NCBI GenBank assembly: GCA_028277625.1
Contig: JANQFW010000038.1
Coordinates: 903-64,902, forward strand
Source of the DNA: Candidatus Gastranaerophilales bacterium
GTDB lineage: Bacteria; Cyanobacteriota; Vampirovibrionia; Gastranaerophilales; JANQFW01
Length of the DNA: 64,000 nucleotides
Reading direction: 5' to 3'
Shown here: positions 31,341 to 42,586 of the stretch, in pieces
Layout of the letters: every line of letters begins with the position of its first letter
Position numbering within the stretch: the stretch's first letter is position 1
Translations under genes and position numbers: made by a program
Notes under the pieces: model-generated
The model's database searches: none
Told to the model about the DNA's origin: nothing
Seen by the model: the letters and a program-made list of their open reading frames with translations, nothing else

Positions 31341-31817
31341 TTATTTTTCGCATTGCCTAAGTTTTTTACTAACATTTAAAAATGTATCTATCTCTTGCCT
31401 CATCAATTTAGGATTAGCATATATCCCTTGGCTGATAAAAACTTTAAGCTTATACTTTGGTTCATACAGATAAAACGAAGGAAATCCACCAACCATAAAA
31501 TCTTTGACTTGTTGAATATGCTTCTTCTCTTCCGCATTAATCATCACAAAGCTAAGATCCGATTCGTATTCTTTGCGCAAATCATCCAATATCGGTGCGA
31601 ATCTTTTGCAATACGTACACCAGTCAACATAAAAATTAACTGCAATTGGTTTATCTCTTTTGATTGCTTGATCCCAATTGACTTGGGTTGCATAATCAGA
31701 AGGCAGTAACTTTTTCTTAGGAGGTACAGCATTAACACCTCCTAATGAAATTATTGAAAAAGAAATAAGAACACATATAATTGTCAATATTTTTTTTATC
31801 ATTGGATTATTCCTCAA
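31341..31817 (-). CDS. exported thioredoxin-family protein
   Basis: N-terminal signal/TM, FYVDWCTYC, GFP cis-Pro loop. Confidence 0.85.
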   Translation of the reverse strand: MRNNPMIKKILTIICVLISFSIISLGGVNAVPPKKKLLPSDYATQVNWDQAIKRDKPIAVNFYVDWCTYCKRFAPILDDLRKEYESDLSFVMINAEEKKHIQQVKDFMVGGFPSFYLYEPKYKLKVFISQGIYANPKLMRQEIDTFLNVSKKLRQCEK

Positions 31818-31818
31818 T

Positions 31819-33051
31819 TTAGATTATTGCACCCTTTGGTACAACTGTAATACCAGATTCAGTTACATAAAAGCCTCTAGCTAAGTCTTCTTCAACATTA
31901 TAGCCAATTTTGGTGTAAGGTGGAATATCTACATTTTTATCAATAATTGCTTTTTTAATTTCGGCATGTCTACCGATGGTTACATCTTCCATCATAATCG
32001 TCTCTCTTACATAAGAAAAACTATTAACTCTAACATTTGGAGCCAGAACACACTTACTTATTTGACCACCACTAACAATACAGCCATCTGAAACTAAAGA
32101 ACAAGTTGCCATACCAACTCTTTCAGTTTCTTCCCACACAAATTTTGCAGGTGGATAGTTATGATTAAACGTTCTTATAGGCCAATGATTGTCATACAAA
32201 TTAAACTCAGGCTGAATTTCTAATAAGTCCATATTTGCTTGCCAGTATGAATCAATACTTCCCACATCTCTCCAGTAACCCCTTTCTTTTTCTGAAGTAC
32301 CTGGCACAAAGTTACGGCTAAAGTCATAAACCATAACATTACAACGTGGAAACATATTAGTAATTATATTTCTACCAAAATCATAATTAGTTTCGTCTCT
32401 CGCAGCATCCTCTTCCAACTCTCTTATTAATACATCTTTATTAAAGATATAGTTGCCCATTGATGCTAATACAAGATCTGGCCTTCCTGGTATTGTTTTT
32501 GGCTCTTCTTTTGGTTTTTCCTTAAAACCAATTAATCTCCAATTTTCATCAACTTCCATAATACCAAATTCAGAAGCCTCTTCTTTTGGTATAGGAATCG
32601 CTGAGATAGTTAAATCCGCATTTTTTTCATTATGATAGTCAAGCATTTGCCTAACATCCATTTTATAAACGTGATCGCCACCAAATACGCAAACATGTCT
32701 GGGGTTTTCATCATAAATAAAATTAATATTTTGGTAAATAGCATCAGCAGTGCCCCTGTACCACTCACTTCCTGTTCTCATCTGAGCCGGAACAAGGTCA
32801 ATGTATTGCCCTAAAATAGGGGAAGTTGGCCAACCTCTTGAAATATGCTTATTCAAAGAGTCTGACTTAAACTGTGTAATAATCTTAATTTTGTAAAAAC
32901 CTGAGTTTACAAAATTATTTAAAACAAAATCAATAATACGATAACGTCCACCATACGGGACAGCAGGTTTTGCTCTATCCTTTGTTAGCGGATAAAGTCT
33001 TCGACCTTCACCACCTGCTAAAATCATTACTAAAACATCATCATTGTACAT
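31819..33051 (-). CDS. glgC: glucose-1-phosphate adenylyltransferase
   Basis: LAGGEGRRLYPLTKDRAKPAVP, GTADAIYQN, ASMGNYIF, YWRDVG. Confidence 0.97.
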   Translation of the reverse strand: MYNDDVLVMILAGGEGRRLYPLTKDRAKPAVPYGGRYRIIDFVLNNFVNSGFYKIKIITQFKSDSLNKHISRGWPTSPILGQYIDLVPAQMRTGSEWYRGTADAIYQNINFIYDENPRHVCVFGGDHVYKMDVRQMLDYHNEKNADLTISAIPIPKEEASEFGIMEVDENWRLIGFKEKPKEEPKTIPGRPDLVLASMGNYIFNKDVLIRELEEDAARDETNYDFGRNIITNMFPRCNVMVYDFSRNFVPGTSEKERGYWRDVGSIDSYWQANMDLLEIQPEFNLYDNHWPIRTFNHNYPPAKFVWEETERVGMATCSLVSDGCIVSGGQISKCVLAPNVRVNSFSYVRETIMMEDVTIGRHAEIKKAIIDKNVDIPPYTKIGYNVEEDLARGFYVTESGITVVPKGAII

Positions 33052-33060
33052 ATGCTAATC

Positions 33061-34854
33061 CTAATCTTCCAAACTTAACAATGCCATAAACGCTTCTTGA
33101 GGTACCTCTACTCTACCTATAGACTTCATTCTTTTTTTACCAGCTTTTTGCTTTTCAAGGAGTTTTCTTTTTCTGGAGATATCCCCCCCGTAGCACTTGT
33201 CAAGAACATTTTTTCTAAGCGCTTTAACGTTTGTTCTCGCTATAACCTTTCCTCCAGTAGCTGCTTGAATAGGAACTTCAAACATCTGCCTTGGTATTAG
33301 TTCTTTAAGCTTGCTGGCAAGCTTCTGCCCCAGATAGAACGCACTGTCCTTATGGACAATCGTGCTAAGAGCATCAACCATCTCTCCTGACAAAAGAATA
33401 TCAAGTTTTACAAGGTCGGATTTCTTATAACCCGAATACTCATAATCCATACTTGCATAACCTTTTGACCTGGACTTTAATTGATCATAAAAATCTGTTA
33501 TTAATTCACTCAATGGAATTTCATATTCTAATTTTACCCTTGTAGTGTCAATATAGCTCATATTCAAATAGATGCCTCTTTTTGTCTGAGCAAGATCCAT
33601 TAATGCACCTACATAATCATTAGGAGTAATGACATTGACTCTTACATAGGGTTCTTCAATTTGTTCTCTATGTTGGGGTGACGGCAAATTTGCCGGGTTA
33701 TCAATACATATAACCTCACCGTCTGTCTTGGTTACTTTATAAATGACACTGGGTGAAGTAGTTATCAAAGGTATGTTATATTCTCTTTCGATTCTTTCCT
33801 GAGCAATTTCCATATGCAGCAGACCTAAAAAACCGCACCTGTAGCCAAATCCTAAAGCCGAAGAAGTTTCCGGCTCAAAAACAATACTTGAATCATTTAG
33901 TCTTAATTTTTCAAGGGCTTCTTTTAAATCCGCATACTGGTCACTTTCAACAGGATACATTCCACAAAATACCATTGGACTGGCATTTTTATATCCTGGT
34001 AAAGCTTCTTGAGCAGGTACATCTGCTTTGGTAACAGTATCACCTACAAGTTGCTGGACTTCTTTAATAGAAGCGGCAAGATATCCTACCTCGCCTGTTT
34101 TCAATTCGTTTATTTTACACCTTTGGGGTTTCATATAGCCCAACTCAGTAACATCATAATCCTTGTCAGATGCCATAAATTTTATTTTATCACCAGCTTT
34201 AATAGATCCATCTACTACTTTAAAGTAAGCTATTGTACCCAAAAAAGCATCATAGTAACTATCAAAAACCAAGGCTCTTAATGGTTTATCGGATGTATTC
34301 TTCGGTGATGGAACATACTTCACGATTGCTTCTAATACGTCTTCTATCCCAATACCTGTTTTTGCACTTGTTAAAACGGCATTAGAAGTATCAATACCAA
34401 TTATATCTTCTATTTCTTGCTTTACTCTCTCAACATCAGCACTAGGCAAATCTATCTTATTTATTACAGGAATGATTTCAAGATCATGCTCTATTGCCAG
34501 ATAAACATTTGCAAGAGTTTGCGCTTCTACACCTTGAGTAGCATCCACCACAAGCAAAGCACCTTCGCATGCAGCAAGGCTTCTTGATACTTCATAATTA
34601 AAATCCACGTGCCCCGGGGTATCAATTAAGTTTAATACGTACTCATCTCCTTGTGCAGCTTTATAATCCATCCTAGCTGCCTGCAATTTTATGGTAATGC
34701 CTCTTTCTCTCTCAATATCCATGGTATCTAAGAGTTGATCCATCATTTCTCTTTCTGAGATAGTCTTTGTTTGTTCTAATAATCTATCTGCAAGAGTTGA
34801 TTTACCGTGATCTATATGAGCTATTATACAAAAATTTCTTATTTTATCTATCAT
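33061..34854 (-). CDS. lepA: elongation factor 4
   Basis: [37 protein letters not shown]. Confidence 0.98.
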   Translation of the reverse strand: MIDKIRNFCIIAHIDHGKSTLADRLLEQTKTISEREMMDQLLDTMDIERERGITIKLQAARMDYKAAQGDEYVLNLIDTPGHVDFNYEVSRSLAACEGALLVVDATQGVEAQTLANVYLAIEHDLEIIPVINKIDLPSADVERVKQEIEDIIGIDTSNAVLTSAKTGIGIEDVLEAIVKYVPSPKNTSDKPLRALVFDSYYDAFLGTIAYFKVVDGSIKAGDKIKFMASDKDYDVTELGYMKPQRCKINELKTGEVGYLAASIKEVQQLVGDTVTKADVPAQEALPGYKNASPMVFCGMYPVESDQYADLKEALEKLRLNDSSIVFEPETSSALGFGYRCGFLGLLHMEIAQERIEREYNIPLITTSPSVIYKVTKTDGEVICIDNPANLPSPQHREQIEEPYVRVNVITPNDYVGALMDLAQTKRGIYLNMSYIDTTRVKLEYEIPLSELITDFYDQLKSRSKGYASMDYEYSGYKKSDLVKLDILLSGEMVDALSTIVHKDSAFYLGQKLASKLKELIPRQMFEVPIQAATGGKVIARTNVKALRKNVLDKCYGGDISRKRKLLEKQKAGKKRMKSIGRVEVPQEAFMALLSLED

Positions 34855-35168
34855 ACGCCAACTTTTATTTGTAAATAAACATTACTATTATTATCTATAC
34901 TATAGGCTTACTTTACAAGAAAAACTTTTTATTTTTTAAAAATTATTTTTTCTTTCCACCAAGTCTAGTTAATCTCAAAGCAAATTATTACTTATTTACT
35001 GTAAATTATACCTTTTATTAGTTAAATAAAAAAATACTTTAAGAATGTTAAATTCTCTATAAGTCTATTTACATGAAATTATTATGTAATATAATCAAAT
35101 TTGAACTCACCATCCTCTCAAATTTACAATTTGAAAATAATATAAAAGATTAAATAGGAGATAAAAAC

Positions 35169-35465
35169 TTGGCTAATATCAAATCCGCAAAAAAGCGCGT
35201 ATTAATTAATGAAAGAAACAGAAAAAAAAATGTGGCTTTAAAATCATCAGTAAGTACAGCCATTAAAAACGTTTTAGTAGCTATCAAAAAAGGTGAATCA
35301 GAACAGATTGACGCTTTGATAAATGTAGCCTACAGTAGAATTGATAAAGCTGTCAGCAAAGGGGTTTTCCATAAAAACAATGGCGCAAGAAAAAAATCTC
35401 GCCTTGTTGAAAAAGTTAATAAGTTTAAAACTGAACAATCTGCACAAGTAGAGGCACAAGCTTAA
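35169..35465 (+). CDS. rpsT: 30S ribosomal protein S20
   Basis: MANIKSAKKR...IDKAVSKGVFHKNNGARKKSRL. Confidence 0.97.
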   Translation: MANIKSAKKRVLINERNRKKNVALKSSVSTAIKNVLVAIKKGESEQIDALINVAYSRIDKAVSKGVFHKNNGARKKSRLVEKVNKFKTEQSAQVEAQA

Positions 35466-35576
35466 ATATAAAAAGCTTTAGCTTTAAACAAGAAATTAAA
35501 TATAGATTTCTATTCCTTGTAGTCCTAGTTGTTACAAACAGATGGGACTTTTTTTATAGCTGTTTTATAGATTTTT

Positions 35577-35612
35577 AAAAGCATCTGGGATATATAACCT
35601 CAGATGCTTTTA
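35577..35612. terminator. hairpin/terminator between convergent rpsT and PSP1 gene
   Basis: aaaagcatctggga-tatataa-cctcagatgctttt. Confidence 0.7.
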
Positions 35613-35642
35613 ATTATTTATATTAAAAATACATTAATATAT

Positions 35643-36572
35643 CTATATATTAGAAGTAAAGCTTTGTTCATCATCCTCAAGCTCTGATATGTCAATACTA
35701 GACTCTTCTTCGTCTTGCTGTTGTTGATACTGCATTGGTAAATCAATTTCAATTCCTGAAACTTCTTCTTCAATCATCTCAATGTCTTTTTTGCCATACT
35801 CTTTAATACGGCCATCTTCTAGCTTAACTGCAACTTTACCATTTAAAAAGTGCAAAGAGCAAACTCTACCAATACCATCAGGTGTCATAACACCACTTCC
35901 AACAGGTGGCATACCTACCGCAGCCTCAATGTATGTAGAATATTCGTAATTTAAGCAACATAACAGTCTGCCGCAACAACCTGAGATTTTACCGGGATTT
36001 ATAGGCATTCCCTGATCTTTCGCAAGTTTTATATTAATTGATGTAAAGTCCTTTATAAAAGTACAACAGCACAAAGAATTTCCACACAAACCCATACCTT
36101 CGATTATAGAAGTCTCATCCCTAACTCCTATGTGACGAAGGTCGATTCTTACCTTTCTAAATGTCTGAGTTAAGTCTTTAAGCAGATCTCTAAAGTCAAT
36201 CCTGTGAGGTGCTGTAAAATAAAATGTAAGCTTCCTTCTGTCTAATGTATATTGAGCTTTTACAAGGCGCATTGCAAGTTTATGCTTTTCAACTAATTCC
36301 TGGGTTTTACTGAAAGCATATATTTCCCGCTCCTCGTTTTCTTTATAAATTTCCTCATCTTCTTTACTAAGTACTCTTATAAAATCTACTGGATCTGGAA
36401 GCTTATCACCCCATTTTTTTATGACACAACCGGGTATCCTTTTTGCTCTGGCTACTTCCTCGCCTTTTTCTGTTCTTATCACAACCAGTTGCATATGCTC
36501 AACATTTGCAGACCCTGGTACAGAAAGAGGATGCAGCCTATTCTTTAATAATCTTACCCCATACTTATACAT
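35643..36572 (-). CDS. PSP1-domain protein (RicT/YaaT family)
   Basis: FYFTAPHRIDFRDL, IGVRDE, CGNSLCC, KISGCCGRLLCCL.YE. Confidence 0.9.
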   Translation of the reverse strand: MYKYGVRLLKNRLHPLSVPGSANVEHMQLVVIRTEKGEEVARAKRIPGCVIKKWGDKLPDPVDFIRVLSKEDEEIYKENEEREIYAFSKTQELVEKHKLAMRLVKAQYTLDRRKLTFYFTAPHRIDFRDLLKDLTQTFRKVRIDLRHIGVRDETSIIEGMGLCGNSLCCCTFIKDFTSINIKLAKDQGMPINPGKISGCCGRLLCCLNYEYSTYIEAAVGMPPVGSGVMTPDGIGRVCSLHFLNGKVAVKLEDGRIKEYGKKDIEMIEEEVSGIEIDLPMQYQQQQDEEESSIDISELEDDEQSFTSNI

Positions 36573-36749
36573 ATTAATTAATTCCTTTTGACTAGTTTAG
36601 TTTGAAATTTTATCTTCATAACTATTATACGATTTAATTTAAATAAATAAAATTAAATATTTATTTTCTGAAAAAAAGTATAAAATATAAAGATTTTATA
36701 AAGCCTACATTGTGTACATGATAAACTTATTATATAGGTAAAAATCGGC

Positions 36750-36779
36750 TATACTAACTCTAAAATACATTTCAGATTA
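36750..36779 (+). repeat. dispersed repeat copy F
   Basis: tatactaactctaaaatacatttcagatta; weak distal arm near 36815-36832. Confidence 0.8.
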
Positions 36780-36980
36780 TTAAATCTTATTAAATTTTAC
36801 AAAATAACCTATATCCTAAAAAGAGTAATCTTGAATTTGATTTTGAAGCAGTGTAAGTACTTTATACTGATGTAAAATTGAGGTATATAAAGCTTCTGAA
36901 TTTCCAAGTAAACATAAACACTAATAGAGCTTATATCGGGTAGATTAAAATGGTGATAATCATCATCAAAGGTAGAACAG

Positions 36981-38108
36981 GTGGTAGTAATGATTCCAAT
37001 ATTAGACTTAAAAGAACAATACAAAAGTATGCAGAAAGACATAAATAAAGCAGTGCTAGACGTAATGCAATCAGGCAGCTATATTCTAGGTAAAAACCTT
37101 AGTACATTAGAGTCAGAAATTGCTTCATACTGCGAGTCAGAACATGCAGTAGGTGTAGCGTCAGGCACAGATGCATTACATCTAGCACTAAGAGCTTTAG
37201 ACATTGGTCCTGGTGACGAGGTGATTACAGTATCATTTACTTTTGTGGCAACAGTTGAAGTAATTGCTTTAACCGGAGCAACTCCTGTATTCATAGAAGT
37301 AGATGAAAATACATTTAATCTGGCCTATAGGGATTTAGAGAAAAAAATAACCCCTAAAACAAAAGCTATTATACCTGTTCATCTTTACGGCCAAGCTGTT
37401 GATATGTCTCCAATTTTAAAAGCTGCAAAAAAATATGACTTATATGTAGTAGAAGATTGTGCTCAAGCAATAGGCAGTACTTATAAAGGCAAAAAGGTTG
37501 GATCTTTAGGTGATATGGGATGTTTTAGTTTCTTTCCTACAAAAAACTTAGGCTGCTTTGGTGATGGCGGGATGATAACAACAAATAGCAATTACCTTGC
37601 AGATAAGCTTAAAGTTCTAAGAAATCACGGAAGTCAAACCCGTTATTACCATGATGAAATAGGCTTGAACAGCAGATTGGACGAAATACAGGCAGCTATT
37701 TTAAGAGTAAAGCTTCCTTACCTTGACGGGTGGAATAAAAAAAGAAGAGAAGTTGCAAATTACTATAATCAATTGCTACAAGATGTAGAAGAAGTTAAAA
37801 TACCTTATGAATTAGACGACACATATTGTATTTATAATCAATACACAGTACAAGTTCCAAATAGAGATAAAATCAATCACGACATGCGTGAGAAAAACAT
37901 AATGTCAATGATTTACTATCCTGTTCCACTACATTTACAGAAGGCTTATAGCTATTTAGGCTATAAAGAAGGTGATTTACCTATTACTGAAGCACTATCA
38001 AATGTTGTGTTATCATTACCTAATTTCCCTGAGATAACGCAAAAACAGCAAGAAACTGTCGTAGAAACTTTAAAAAATGCAATTATAAAAACAAAAGCAA
38101 CAGTATAG
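36981..38108 (+). CDS. DegT/DnrJ/EryC1/StrS sugar aminotransferase
   Basis: SGTDAL, PVHLYG, EDCAQ, SFFPTKNLGCFGDGG, NSRLDEIQAA. Confidence 0.93.
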   Translation: MVVMIPILDLKEQYKSMQKDINKAVLDVMQSGSYILGKNLSTLESEIASYCESEHAVGVASGTDALHLALRALDIGPGDEVITVSFTFVATVEVIALTGATPVFIEVDENTFNLAYRDLEKKITPKTKAIIPVHLYGQAVDMSPILKAAKKYDLYVVEDCAQAIGSTYKGKKVGSLGDMGCFSFFPTKNLGCFGDGGMITTNSNYLADKLKVLRNHGSQTRYYHDEIGLNSRLDEIQAAILRVKLPYLDGWNKKRREVANYYNQLLQDVEEVKIPYELDDTYCIYNQYTVQVPNRDKINHDMREKNIMSMIYYPVPLHLQKAYSYLGYKEGDLPITEALSNVVLSLPNFPEITQKQQETVVETLKNAIIKTKATV

Positions 38109-38127
38109 CATTTATAACACACTTAAA

Positions 38128-38167
38128 ACATAGCAAAAGACTGAATTATGTCAGTCTTTTGCTATGT
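38128..38167. terminator. long hairpin, likely bidirectional terminator
   Basis: acatagcaaaagactga-attatg-tcagtcttttgctatgt between convergent genes. Confidence 0.8.
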
Positions 38168-38182
38168 CTATTTAATTATTTT

Positions 38183-39064
38183 TTATTTTAAAAGCAAAAC
38201 TGCCCTGGTTGCATATTCATAAACTCTGGCGCTAACGCTACCTATGATGAAGTCTTGAATTTTATTTCGTGAATGAGCACCTAATATAATGACACCTGCA
38301 TCCAAGGATTCGGCTTCTTTTATTACTGTGTCAGAAATGTGCCCCATAGAAGAGTAACGCTTAGTTACATTACATCCATCTGCGACTAATTGCTTGTTAA
38401 TCTCAGCCATAAACTCATCAGCCACAATTTTAGATTCTTCTAAGATTTTGTCAACATCAGTGTAAACATAAGAATCAGGAGGAATAATTTCATATATAGG
38501 AGGTATTACATGCAATAAATTTATATGAGATCTACCTTTTGCAACAAAGTTAGGTAAGTTTGCAGCTGCCTTTTTTGTAGATTCAGTATTATCGGCGGCA
38601 AAGATGACATTAAAATCTTTATCATCAGCTACGTCAGTATCTCTTTTTATTACAAGAACAGAACTTTTACAGCTTCTTGATACTTTATAGTTTACACTGC
38701 CAAGCAGCAGCTTTTCTAGGTTTGATTTACCATGTGCACCCAATGAGATCAAATCATAGTGATTGTTTGACTGCTCACGCAATATTTCTCTTACGGCATC
38801 GCCTTCTCTGCTAATAAACTTATAGTTTATCTTTTTTTGCTCTAGATAATCTTCTACTAAAGCAAATTCAGATTTTCTGGCTTCGTGCCCTAAATATTCA
38901 TCGGGGTTTTTATAGAAAATCTCTTCTTCTATAGGGTTAGCTTCGTTGACATTTAGTAGTGTTAGCTCCAGGTTTTCATGCCCAATTATGTTTAGAGTGT
39001 TTTTTACTATTTTTTTGGCAAAATCAGGTTCATCAATTGGGATTAAGATCTTTCTCTCGCTCAT
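38183..39064 (-). CDS. universal stress protein (tandem USP domains)
   Basis: GAHGKS..LLGSV and GAHSRN..IIGSVS motifs. Confidence 0.9.
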   Translation of the reverse strand: MSERKILIPIDEPDFAKKIVKNTLNIIGHENLELTLLNVNEANPIEEEIFYKNPDEYLGHEARKSEFALVEDYLEQKKINYKFISREGDAVREILREQSNNHYDLISLGAHGKSNLEKLLLGSVNYKVSRSCKSSVLVIKRDTDVADDKDFNVIFAADNTESTKKAAANLPNFVAKGRSHINLLHVIPPIYEIIPPDSYVYTDVDKILEESKIVADEFMAEINKQLVADGCNVTKRYSSMGHISDTVIKEAESLDAGVIILGAHSRNKIQDFIIGSVSARVYEYATRAVLLLK

Positions 39065-39336
39065 GGCATTGACCTCCTAATAATTCTTATACATATATTA
39101 ACAATATTTTGAGGGTAGAATTCACCCACTAAATGGTAGTATCTCTAAAAAGTTAAGATTTATAAAGTTAGCAAATTAGATAAATAAAATTTGAAATCCA
39201 TAAACAATCTGTGCAATTATAATTGCGGGGGATTAACTAATTAAAATTAAAGTTCTTACTACTTTAAAAAAGTTTTTCTTTGAGCTTTAATAACAATGAA
39301 AAATCATATTTTTTTATAGAAAGAAAGGTTGAACAC

Positions 39337-40029
39337 GTGAATGCTCGCAGAGCGGCTAGAGAATTAGCGATAATCATATACTCCCAATTATTAAAAAACA
39401 AACATGATTTGCAAAACAAAGATTTGCAAGCTTTAATATTAGAGTCAATACGTACATTGACCAAAAATGAAGAAAATGAACTCAAGCAGTCCATCGTAGA
39501 GGTGTTTAAAATTAAAGAATTCATAGAGAACTATGAATTTGAACACCCTAATAACTTGAAGAAGCCTATAGGTTCTAAGCTGATACCTGTATCAATACCT
39601 CTGACATCTGATATGATAGGCCGCATTGATACTATTTTAAATGCAGCAGACAGAGCTTTATCTGCTATTGAAATTGCTGAATTTAATGCATTAAGTGAGA
39701 AACAAGAGGTAAAAGATTACGTCTTAAAACTTATTAATACGTACAAAGAAAACAGAAAAACAATTAATGAACAAATAGACAAGTACTCTAAAGGTTGGAA
39801 TATAGAACGGTTAATACGTATTGACCGACATATTTTAAGAATTGCAGTAACTGAAATGTTTTTCTTTGATGATATACCAACGAGAGTATCAATAGATGAA
39901 GCTGTTGAATTAGCAAAGAAATACAGCAGTGAAGAGAGTTCAAGTTTTATTAATGGCATTTTAAGAAAAATAGTTGACGGAAATAAATTGCCTGAACAAC
40001 AAACCTTGAGGGGTAAGCGTGGTGTTTAA
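39337..40029 (+). CDS. nusB: transcription antitermination factor NusB (long, cyanobacterial type)
   Basis: ARRAARELA, WNIERL..IDRHILR, DEAVELAKKYS, FINGIL; GTG start at 39337 behind GAAAGG. Confidence 0.92.
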   Translation: MNARRAARELAIIIYSQLLKNKHDLQNKDLQALILESIRTLTKNEENELKQSIVEVFKIKEFIENYEFEHPNNLKKPIGSKLIPVSIPLTSDMIGRIDTILNAADRALSAIEIAEFNALSEKQEVKDYVLKLINTYKENRKTINEQIDKYSKGWNIERLIRIDRHILRIAVTEMFFFDDIPTRVSIDEAVELAKKYSSEESSSFINGILRKIVDGNKLPEQQTLRGKRGV

Positions 40030-41089
40030 TCTATTCAAGAAAAAAGAAAATCAGCAACAAGTAGATAACAAACAAGATATTTTAAAGCCAGAAGAGCAAG
40101 CAGAAAATCTTGATAAGGATAAAAGAGATGAGCTTTCTCTTGAAGGAACTTGTATTAACGAAAAGCTTGATGCTGAAGATTCTTTTGCAATTTCTGTAGG
40201 GAACCTAAAAGAAAAAGTATCTAAAACAAGCGAAGGTCTTGTATCATCAATAATCTCTTTTGCTACAGGCGCAGAAACAATTGATGATGACATGCTTGAT
40301 GAAATAGAAGATAAATTAATAGTAGCTGACATCGGTATGGATACTGCTGTTGAAGTTATTGAAAAAATTCGTGAGAAAAAGAATTCTATTAGGCCGGAGC
40401 AGCTTAAGGATATCTTTAAGCAAGAGTTTGCACAGATTTTAAAAGAAGCAGGTTCTAATAAGATTAATCTGAAAGAAAATCAGCTGAATATAGTCTTAGT
40501 AACCGGGGTAAACGGAGTTGGCAAAACTACATTAATTGGCAAATTGGCGCACCGCTACAAAAGTCAGAACAAAAAAATTATTATAGCTGCTGCTGATACC
40601 TTTAGAGCTGCGGCTCAAGAACAATTAGAAATTTGGGCAGAAAGAGCAGGCGTAGATATAGTAGGGAAATATGATTCTGACCCGGCAGCTGTAGTATTTG
40701 ATGCTATTAAAAAAGCTAAAGATGACTGTGCGGATATTGTTATTGTTGATACTGCCGGGCGATTACACAATAAATTCAACTTGATGGAAGAATTAAGAAA
40801 GATAAAAAAAATTATAGATAGAGAAGCACCTGATGCATTATCTGAGTCTATCCTTGTTATTGATGCAAATACGGGACAAAATGGTCTTAAGCAAGCTCAG
40901 GTATTTAAAGAAGCTGTTGATTTAACATCTGTGGCGGTGACCAAGCTGGATGGTTCTGCAAAGGGCGGTATAGTAATTGGCATATCAAAAGAGTTAAGCT
41001 TGCCGGTAAAGTTAATAGGTGTTGGCGAAAAAATCAGTGACCTTAAAGATTTTAATGCGGAAGATTTTGTTTCAGCGGTGTTTGACTAA
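40019..41089 (+). CDS. ftsY: SRP receptor FtsY
   Basis: GVNGVGKTT, DTFRAAA, DTAGR, TKLDGSAKGG. Confidence 0.97.
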   Translation: MVFNLFKKKENQQQVDNKQDILKPEEQAENLDKDKRDELSLEGTCINEKLDAEDSFAISVGNLKEKVSKTSEGLVSSIISFATGAETIDDDMLDEIEDKLIVADIGMDTAVEVIEKIREKKNSIRPEQLKDIFKQEFAQILKEAGSNKINLKENQLNIVLVTGVNGVGKTTLIGKLAHRYKSQNKKIIIAAADTFRAAAQEQLEIWAERAGVDIVGKYDSDPAAVVFDAIKKAKDDCADIVIVDTAGRLHNKFNLMEELRKIKKIIDREAPDALSESILVIDANTGQNGLKQAQVFKEAVDLTSVAVTKLDGSAKGGIVIGISKELSLPVKLIGVGEKISDLKDFNAEDFVSAVFD

Positions 41090-41107
41090 TAATAGAGGTA
41101 AGTTAGG

Positions 41108-42502
41108 ATGTTTGATTCGTTATCAGATAGATTACAAGATATAATCAGAAAAACTTCCGGGAATGATAAACTTTCGGATGATAATATAAGCGATACTCTT
41201 AGAGAAATAAGACGTGCCCTGCTAGAGGCTGATGTTAGTTTAAGAGTAGTAAAATCCTTTATATCTAAAATAAAAGACAAGGTGGCCGGTGAAGAGGTTA
41301 CTAAGAGTGTAACTCCGGGGCAACAACTGGTAAAAATTGTTTATGACGAACTTGCTGAGTTGATGGGTGGAAGCAACACCCCTATGTCTAATGAGGGTAA
41401 ACCTAATATAATAATGTTATTTGGTTTACAGGGTTCGGGTAAGACAACCACTGCCGGCAAATTAGCTATAAAACTGAGAAAAGAAAACAGAAATCCGTTG
41501 TTAGTTGCTGCTGATGTTTATCGTCCTGCGGCTATCAAACAGTTGCAAACAATTGGAAAGCAGATAAATATTCCTGTATTTACTATTGATAATAGTTCTG
41601 ATGTTAGAAGTATTGTATCTTCTGCGGTGGTGCATGCTAAAGAGAATGGTTTTAACACCCTTATTGTTGATACTGCCGGGCGTTTGCAAATAGACAATGA
41701 GCTTATGGCTGAGTTGGTTATTTTAGAAAGATTATTTGAACCTGCTGAAAAGCTTCTTGTTATTGATGCTATGACAGGTCAGGAGTCTATTAACGTTGCT
41801 GAGTCGTTTAATGAGCATTTGGATGTTACCGGTGTTATTCTTTCTAAGCTGGATGGTGATGCTCGTGGTGGTGCGGCGCTTAGTATAGCTCATGCAACGG
41901 GTAAGCCAATTAAATTTATTGGGATGGGCGAAAAGCTTGATGCTTTAGAGGCTTTTTATCCTGATAGGATGGCTCAAAGAATCCTTGGAATGGGTGATAT
42001 TGTTAGCCTTGTAGAAAAAGCTCAGGAGAATTTTGATATTGAGTCTGCTAAAGAGCTGGAAAAGAAAATGAGAAAGAGTGAGTTTTCGCTTGAAGACTTT
42101 ATGAAAATACAGAAACAAATGAAGTCTCTTGGCTCTATGGATCAGATACTTGGGATGCTACCTATACCCGGGCTTAATAAAGATGCTAGGCAGGAAATTG
42201 CACATGTGGGTGAAACACAGCTAAAAAGAATTGAGGCTTGTATTCATAGTATGACTCCTGAGGAAAGAAGAAAGCCGGAGATTATTAAAAGCAGTAGAAA
42301 GAAAAGAATTGCCGGTGGGTGTGGATTGCCTATTGACGAAATTAACAGGTTTTTAAAAGAATTTGATAATATGAGAAAAATGATGAAGCAAATGGCTGAT
42401 ATGACATCTACGATGAGAAAAAATCCTAAAAAGATGAGTAATATGATGAATATGCCTGGCGGATTAGGTGCACTAAAAGGCAAATTTCCCCCCTTCAAAT
42501 AA
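41108..42502 (+). CDS. ffh: signal recognition particle protein Ffh
   Basis: GLQGSGKTT, DTAGR, GDARGG, RILGMGD, Met-rich M domain. Confidence 0.98.
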   Translation: MFDSLSDRLQDIIRKTSGNDKLSDDNISDTLREIRRALLEADVSLRVVKSFISKIKDKVAGEEVTKSVTPGQQLVKIVYDELAELMGGSNTPMSNEGKPNIIMLFGLQGSGKTTTAGKLAIKLRKENRNPLLVAADVYRPAAIKQLQTIGKQINIPVFTIDNSSDVRSIVSSAVVHAKENGFNTLIVDTAGRLQIDNELMAELVILERLFEPAEKLLVIDAMTGQESINVAESFNEHLDVTGVILSKLDGDARGGAALSIAHATGKPIKFIGMGEKLDALEAFYPDRMAQRILGMGDIVSLVEKAQENFDIESAKELEKKMRKSEFSLEDFMKIQKQMKSLGSMDQILGMLPIPGLNKDARQEIAHVGETQLKRIEACIHSMTPEERRKPEIIKSSRKKRIAGGCGLPIDEINRFLKEFDNMRKMMKQMADMTSTMRKNPKKMSNMMNMPGGLGALKGKFPPFK

Positions 42503-42586
42503 AAAAAGACAATGACAATCTCCCTTTTGTAATACAAAAAGTTTGTCATTGCAGTCAAAAGTATTTAATTTTCAGATTAAGTCCCT

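Noticed and set aside
36809-37042. 77-aa minus-strand ORF upstream of DegT
   Set aside because: No RBS or motif; overlaps the DegT start on the opposite strand
39065-39336. DnaA-box cluster
   Set aside because: Only mismatched candidates (ttatacata, aaatccata), which are expected by chance in AT-rich DNA
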